Below are positions 60,493 through 64,000 of a DNA stretch of 64,000 bases, piece by piece. Positions within the stretch are counted from its first letter, which is position 1. Every line of letters begins with the position of its first letter. Under the pieces are notes generated by a model. It was given only the letters and a program-made list of their open reading frames with translations, was not told the DNA's origin and did no database searches. Made by a program: the position numbers and the translations under genes. The DNA is taken from assembly GCA_964291625.2 (NCBI GenBank), contig OZ220089.1, positions 1,792,001-1,856,000 on the forward strand, in the 5' to 3' direction. The DNA comes from Candidatus Latescibacterota bacterium. GTDB lineage: Bacteria; Latescibacterota; UBA2968; UBA8231.

Positions 60493-61239
60493 TCATCGGG
60501 TGGAAGGCCCGAGCGCCAAGCTCCCGGTCCAGACCTCGCCCACCGAGCCACCCTCCTCCAGAAGCAACTGCCCCTCCTCGCCGAACCCCGCGAGCACCCC
60601 GCTCAGCCGCTGATCGTCGTCGACCACGGTGACCCGCTCCCCCAGGCCGGCGCAGCGGGCCTCCCAGCCGCCGCGCAGGGCGGCGAATCCCCCACTCCAG
60701 GCCTCCAGCCATGGCTGCAGCCGCAGCAGCAGGCGGGGCAGCACCTGCCGCGGCTCGGGCGCCGAGCCCGTCTCCACGAGGACCGAGGTGGCCGGCTGAT
60801 CGATGGCCTCCGCCTCCTCGCGCGTCATGCCGAGGTTCAGGCCGACGCCGACCACCACCAGGCCCGGTGGCCCGCTCCCCGGCGCCGGCTCGGGCAGGAT
60901 CCCGGCGATCTTGCGGCGGCCCACGATCACGTCGTTGGGCCACTTGGTCTGCGCCGCCAGGCCGTGCTCCTCCAGGCAGTCGGCCACGCCCAGGGCGGCG
61001 GCCATGGCCAGCGATCCCAGGTGGCGGGGGTCCGCCGCGGCATCGAGGACGAAGGAGCAGGCGAGGTCGCTTCCCGGCCGCGACACCCAGGTGCGCCGGC
61101 CCCGCCCGCGGCCCCCGGTCTGATCGTCGGTGGCCAGCACCGTCCCGGGAGGGACGCCCGCTTCGCTCCCGATGCGCTCGAGGAGGAGGGAGTTCGTGGA
61201 AGGGACCTGCTCGATCCATTCAGGGGTGTGGAAGTGCAT
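60493..61239 (-). CDS. birA: Biotin-[acetyl-CoA-carboxylase] ligase
   Basis: STN, QTGGRGRGRRTW, KWPNDV, KIAGIL. Confidence 0.9.
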   Translation of the reverse strand: MHFHTPEWIEQVPSTNSLLLERIGSEAGVPPGTVLATDDQTGGRGRGRRTWVSRPGSDLACSFVLDAAADPRHLGSLAMAAALGVADCLEEHGLAAQTKWPNDVIVGRRKIAGILPEPAPGSGPPGLVVVGVGLNLGMTREEAEAIDQPATSVLVETGSAPEPRQVLPRLLLRLQPWLEAWSGGFAALRGGWEARCAGLGERVTVVDDDQRLSGVLAGFGEEGQLLLEEGGSVGEVWTGSLALGPSTR

Positions 61240-61283
61240 GGCTGTGCCGCAGGCGCCGGCTTCGGATGACCGGCCGTGGAGCC

Positions 61284-61622
61284 TCAAGGGCCGATGATTT
61301 CGTCCAACCCTTCGACTGTCCGTGCCAACTCCTCGGGAGATGCCGACGCCAGTCTTCGACCAATTCGGTCCATGGACAAGGTGCGGATCTGCCCCACCTT
61401 GACCCAGGATGGCCTGGGCAGATCTTCAGAAGCAAGAGGCAGGGTCAGTGGAAAACCCGCTCGTGGCCGTTGGCTCGTAATCGCCATGGCGATCACCGTA
61501 CCGGAGCGCTGGTTGAATACCTCGTGACTCAAGACGAGAACCGGACGATGTCCGGCCTGTTCCTGGCCCCGGGTCGGATTCAGGTCCGCCCAGCGGATGT
61601 CCCCTCTCAGTATTCTGGCCAA
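61284..61622 (-). CDS. mazF: PemK/MazF family toxin
   Basis: RGDIRWADLNPTRGQEQAGHRPVLVLS...QIRTLS..RI. Confidence 0.9.
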   Translation of the reverse strand: MARILRGDIRWADLNPTRGQEQAGHRPVLVLSHEVFNQRSGTVIAMAITSQRPRAGFPLTLPLASEDLPRPSWVKVGQIRTLSMDRIGRRLASASPEELARTVEGLDEIIGP

Positions 61623-61849
61623 GTCTTCACGTCCTCCGCGAGCCCCTCCTCGGCCAACTCCTGTTCGGCGACGGGGTCCAGATGCGCACACTCCCGGGCC
61701 AGTCGGCCGCGTCTGAGCCGTTCCAGTTTTTCGGCTACGGCTTCCTGAATCACCTGACTTCGGTTCTTGAATGCGCGCTGACCGACCAGGTAGTCCAGAT
61801 GCCTGACGATGTTCTCGTCCAGTGTGATCGCGACTTTGGCCTTCCCCAT
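61607..61849 (-). CDS. Ribbon-helix-helix antitoxin
   Basis: KVAITLDE...LDYLV...NRSQVIQEAV; overlaps the toxin. Confidence 0.85.
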   Translation of the reverse strand: MGKAKVAITLDENIVRHLDYLVGQRAFKNRSQVIQEAVAEKLERLRRGRLARECAHLDPVAEQELAEEGLAEDVKTWPEY

Positions 61850-61865
61850 GTCTCCATGCCCTCCT

Positions 61866-61908
61866 GGTATGGCAATTTATCATACCGAATACCGCGAGAG
61901 GCTGTCAA
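61866..61908 (-). promoter_or_regulatory. Sigma70 promoter and palindromic operator of the TA operon
   Basis: TTGACA-18bp-TATGAT; inverted repeat GGTATG-N9-CATACC overlapping the -10. Confidence 0.7.
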
Positions 61909-61992
61909 TCGCGGGGGGCTCAGGGCACGGACCCCAGAGCCTCGTCATCGGCGGGAAGGTGCGCGCCGCCGCTGCCCGCCGGAGGCAACCCA

Positions 61993-63186
61993 ATGAGCCG
62001 CTTCGGCGACCTGCCTCTCTCCCGCCCGGCCCACGGCGACTACGGCAGCCTCGAGGAGCCGGTGCGGCGCATCCGGGCCCACCGCCCCCTCGACCTGAAC
62101 GCCGAGCGCTGGCGGGCCCGCCACCCCGGCGGCTCCTTCGAGATGTGGAGGGAGCAGGCCCGGGGCTGTCTGCTGCAGGGGCTGCACTGCGACCCGGGGC
62201 CCGCGGATCTGCGCCCGGAGGTGCTCGCCGTTGAGGAGCGGAACGGCCTGATCGTTGAGCGCGTCGCCTTCGACGCCACCCCCTGGAGCCGCCTCCACGG
62301 GTACTTCCTGCGCCCCTCGGACGCCGGGGGGCCCCTGCCCGGCCTCGTGGTCCTCCACGCCTGGGGCGGGCCCATGCTCTTCGGCAGGGACCGCATCGTC
62401 AACAGCGGCCGCGACCATCCCGTGCTGGTCGAGCACCGGCGCAAGTACTACGGCGGCCGCTACCTCGCCGAGGTCTTCGCTGCTGCCGGGTACGCGGTGA
62501 TCGTCGTCGACGCCTGGCACTTCGGCGAGCGCGCCCCCCGCGGCCTGGACGCCGGCGGCCTGGGCATCCCCGCCCGCTATGATCCCTTCGATCTGGGCGA
62601 GGAGGAGTACGAGGAGCTCGACGGCCGGGTGCGGCAGGCCCTCTACCTGGGCGTGCGTCAGCTCAACTGGGCCGGCACCACATGGATGGGGGTCAACTAC
62701 TGGGACGACAGCCGCTGCGTCGACTACCTGCTCTCACGGCCCGAGGTGGACGGCGGGCGGATCGGATGCACCGGCCTGTCGGGGGGCGGCTGGCGGACGA
62801 ACATGCTCGCCGCCCTGGACGGGCGCATCAGGGCGTCGGTGAGCGTGGGCTGGATGACGACGGGGGACTACCAGCAGGTCTACAACGTGGACGGCGCCAT
62901 CGGCACCTTCTGCCTGCTGCCGGGGGTGTGGGACCGCCTCGACGTGCCCGACCTGACGATCATGTCGGCGCCGGGAGCCGCCATGGTCGTCTCGGGGCAG
63001 CGGGACGAGCTGTTCCCGGTGGAGGGTCAGGCCGACGCCGCGCGCCAGATCCAAGCGGGGTACGAGTGGGCGGGCCTCGGGGACAGCTTCCGCGACTTCC
63101 GGCCCGACAAGGACCACTGCTATGACGCCGAGATCCAGGCCGAGGCTCTAAGGTGGTTCGGCCGGCACCTGGGCGCCGGCGGCTGA
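61993..63186 (+). CDS. Alpha/beta hydrolase (dienelactone hydrolase/Abhydrolase_7-like)
   Basis: GCTGLSGGG nucleophile elbow, D and H near the C-terminus. Confidence 0.85.
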   Translation: MSRFGDLPLSRPAHGDYGSLEEPVRRIRAHRPLDLNAERWRARHPGGSFEMWREQARGCLLQGLHCDPGPADLRPEVLAVEERNGLIVERVAFDATPWSRLHGYFLRPSDAGGPLPGLVVLHAWGGPMLFGRDRIVNSGRDHPVLVEHRRKYYGGRYLAEVFAAAGYAVIVVDAWHFGERAPRGLDAGGLGIPARYDPFDLGEEEYEELDGRVRQALYLGVRQLNWAGTTWMGVNYWDDSRCVDYLLSRPEVDGGRIGCTGLSGGGWRTNMLAALDGRIRASVSVGWMTTGDYQQVYNVDGAIGTFCLLPGVWDRLDVPDLTIMSAPGAAMVVSGQRDELFPVEGQADAARQIQAGYEWAGLGDSFRDFRPDKDHCYDAEIQAEALRWFGRHLGAGG

Positions 63187-63191
63187 GACGC

Positions 63192-63548
63192 CTAACCCTT
63201 CTCGGCCTCGATCTGGCGGAAGGGCGCCTCGTTCACGAGATCCTCCACCACCTTGCCGCCGATCAGGTGCTCGGTGATGATGCGCTCGAGCTTCTCCACC
63301 GTCATCGAGTGGTACCAGGTCTGCTCGGGGTAGACCAGCACCGTGGGGCCGCGCTCGCAGACCCGCAGGCAGTCCGCCTTGCTGCGGTGGATCCCGGTGG
63401 TGGGATCGCCGTAGCCCAGCTCGCGCAGGCGGTTCTTCAGGTAGTCCCAGCACTCCTCGCCGGTGCCGTCGGTGTGGCACTTCGGCTTCGTCGGGGTGGC
63501 GCACAGGAAGATGTGACGCCGGATCGTGCTGTCGGTCTGCTCGCTCAT
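63192..63548 (-). CDS. Thioredoxin-like (2Fe-2S) ferredoxin
   Basis: RHIFLC...KC...[21 protein letters not shown]. Confidence 0.88.
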   Translation of the reverse strand: MSEQTDSTIRRHIFLCATPTKPKCHTDGTGEECWDYLKNRLRELGYGDPTTGIHRSKADCLRVCERGPTVLVYPEQTWYHSMTVEKLERIITEHLIGGKVVEDLVNEAPFRQIEAEKG

Positions 63549-64000
63549 GCCCTCCACTCCTCCTCCAGTCGCCGATGCGCGTACGGCCTCGGCTGGTCTC
63601 CCTCGTAGTAACCCACGGTGTGGCCCTCTCCTTCCATCAGGTACTTGTAGGTGGTCAGCCCCTCCAGGCCCACCGGCCCGCGGCTGTGCAGGCGGCCGGT
63701 GCTGATGCCGACCTCGGCGCCCAGGCCGAAGCGGAAGCCGTCGGCGAAGCGCGTCGAGGCGTTCACGAAGACCGACGCCGAGTCCACCCCCTGCAGGAAG
63801 CGCACCGCCGCCGCCCGGTCCTCGGTGACGATCGAGTCGGTGTGGGCGCTGCCGTAGCGGTTGATGTGGTCCACGGCCTCCTCGAGGCCGTCCACGACCT
63901 TCACGGCCAGGATGTAGTCGAGGTACTCGGCCCTCCAGTCCTCCTCCGAGGCCTCCCCCACCCGGCCGTCGCCGGCGATCCTGCAGGTGCGGAGGTCGCC
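63545..64000 (-). CDS. proA: Glutamate-5-semialdehyde dehydrogenase, partial (3' part)
   Basis: [41 protein letters not shown]. Confidence 0.95.
   Translation of the reverse strand, partial: GDLRTCRIAGDGRVGEASEEDWRAEYLDYILAVKVVDGLEEAVDHINRYGSAHTDSIVTEDRAAAVRFLQGVDSASVFVNASTRFADGFRFGLGAEVGISTGRLHSRGPVGLEGLTTYKYLMEGEGHTVGYYEGDQPRPYAHRRLEEEWRA

Overview
High-GC bacterial window. The protein repertoire (a C-terminal 'SWGQVK' motif, DUF5916 proteins) suggests a Latescibacterota/Gemmatimonadota-like host, but this is inference only. The flanks carry ordinary catabolic and housekeeping genes: Gfo/Idh/MocA, a beta-helix protein, a TolB-like protein, RtcB, amidase, SDR, BirA, MazEF-like TA, ferredoxin and partial proA. 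The centre (about 13.1-41.7 kb, minus strand) is a candidate undescribed RiPP-like peptide system. It has two short Cys-rich, acidic precursor peptides with a nearly identical basic leader (MRxLTxKSPARRNHAVLAY, resembling CLI_3235-type leaders). Each peptide gene lies downstream of its own secreted beta-propeller and a LuxR-type regulator, with 22-bp-spaced operator boxes. The cluster also has an ABC exporter, a subtilisin (S8) fused to a TIGR04066/DUF1611-like domain, an MFP plus two RND subunits, an ACP/unknown/BtrH-like acyl-transfer module, and a sigma54/IHF-headed ABC-2 + kinase + NtrC-type operon. No radical SAM maturase is visible. The core of the cluster sits between the two halves of a split methyltransferase gene within a segmental duplication, and it is decorated with IS3 remnants. 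Separately, a candidate Rdx/SelW-like selenoprotein with an in-frame TGA lies at 56265-56552. All family calls come from motif recognition, not database searches.
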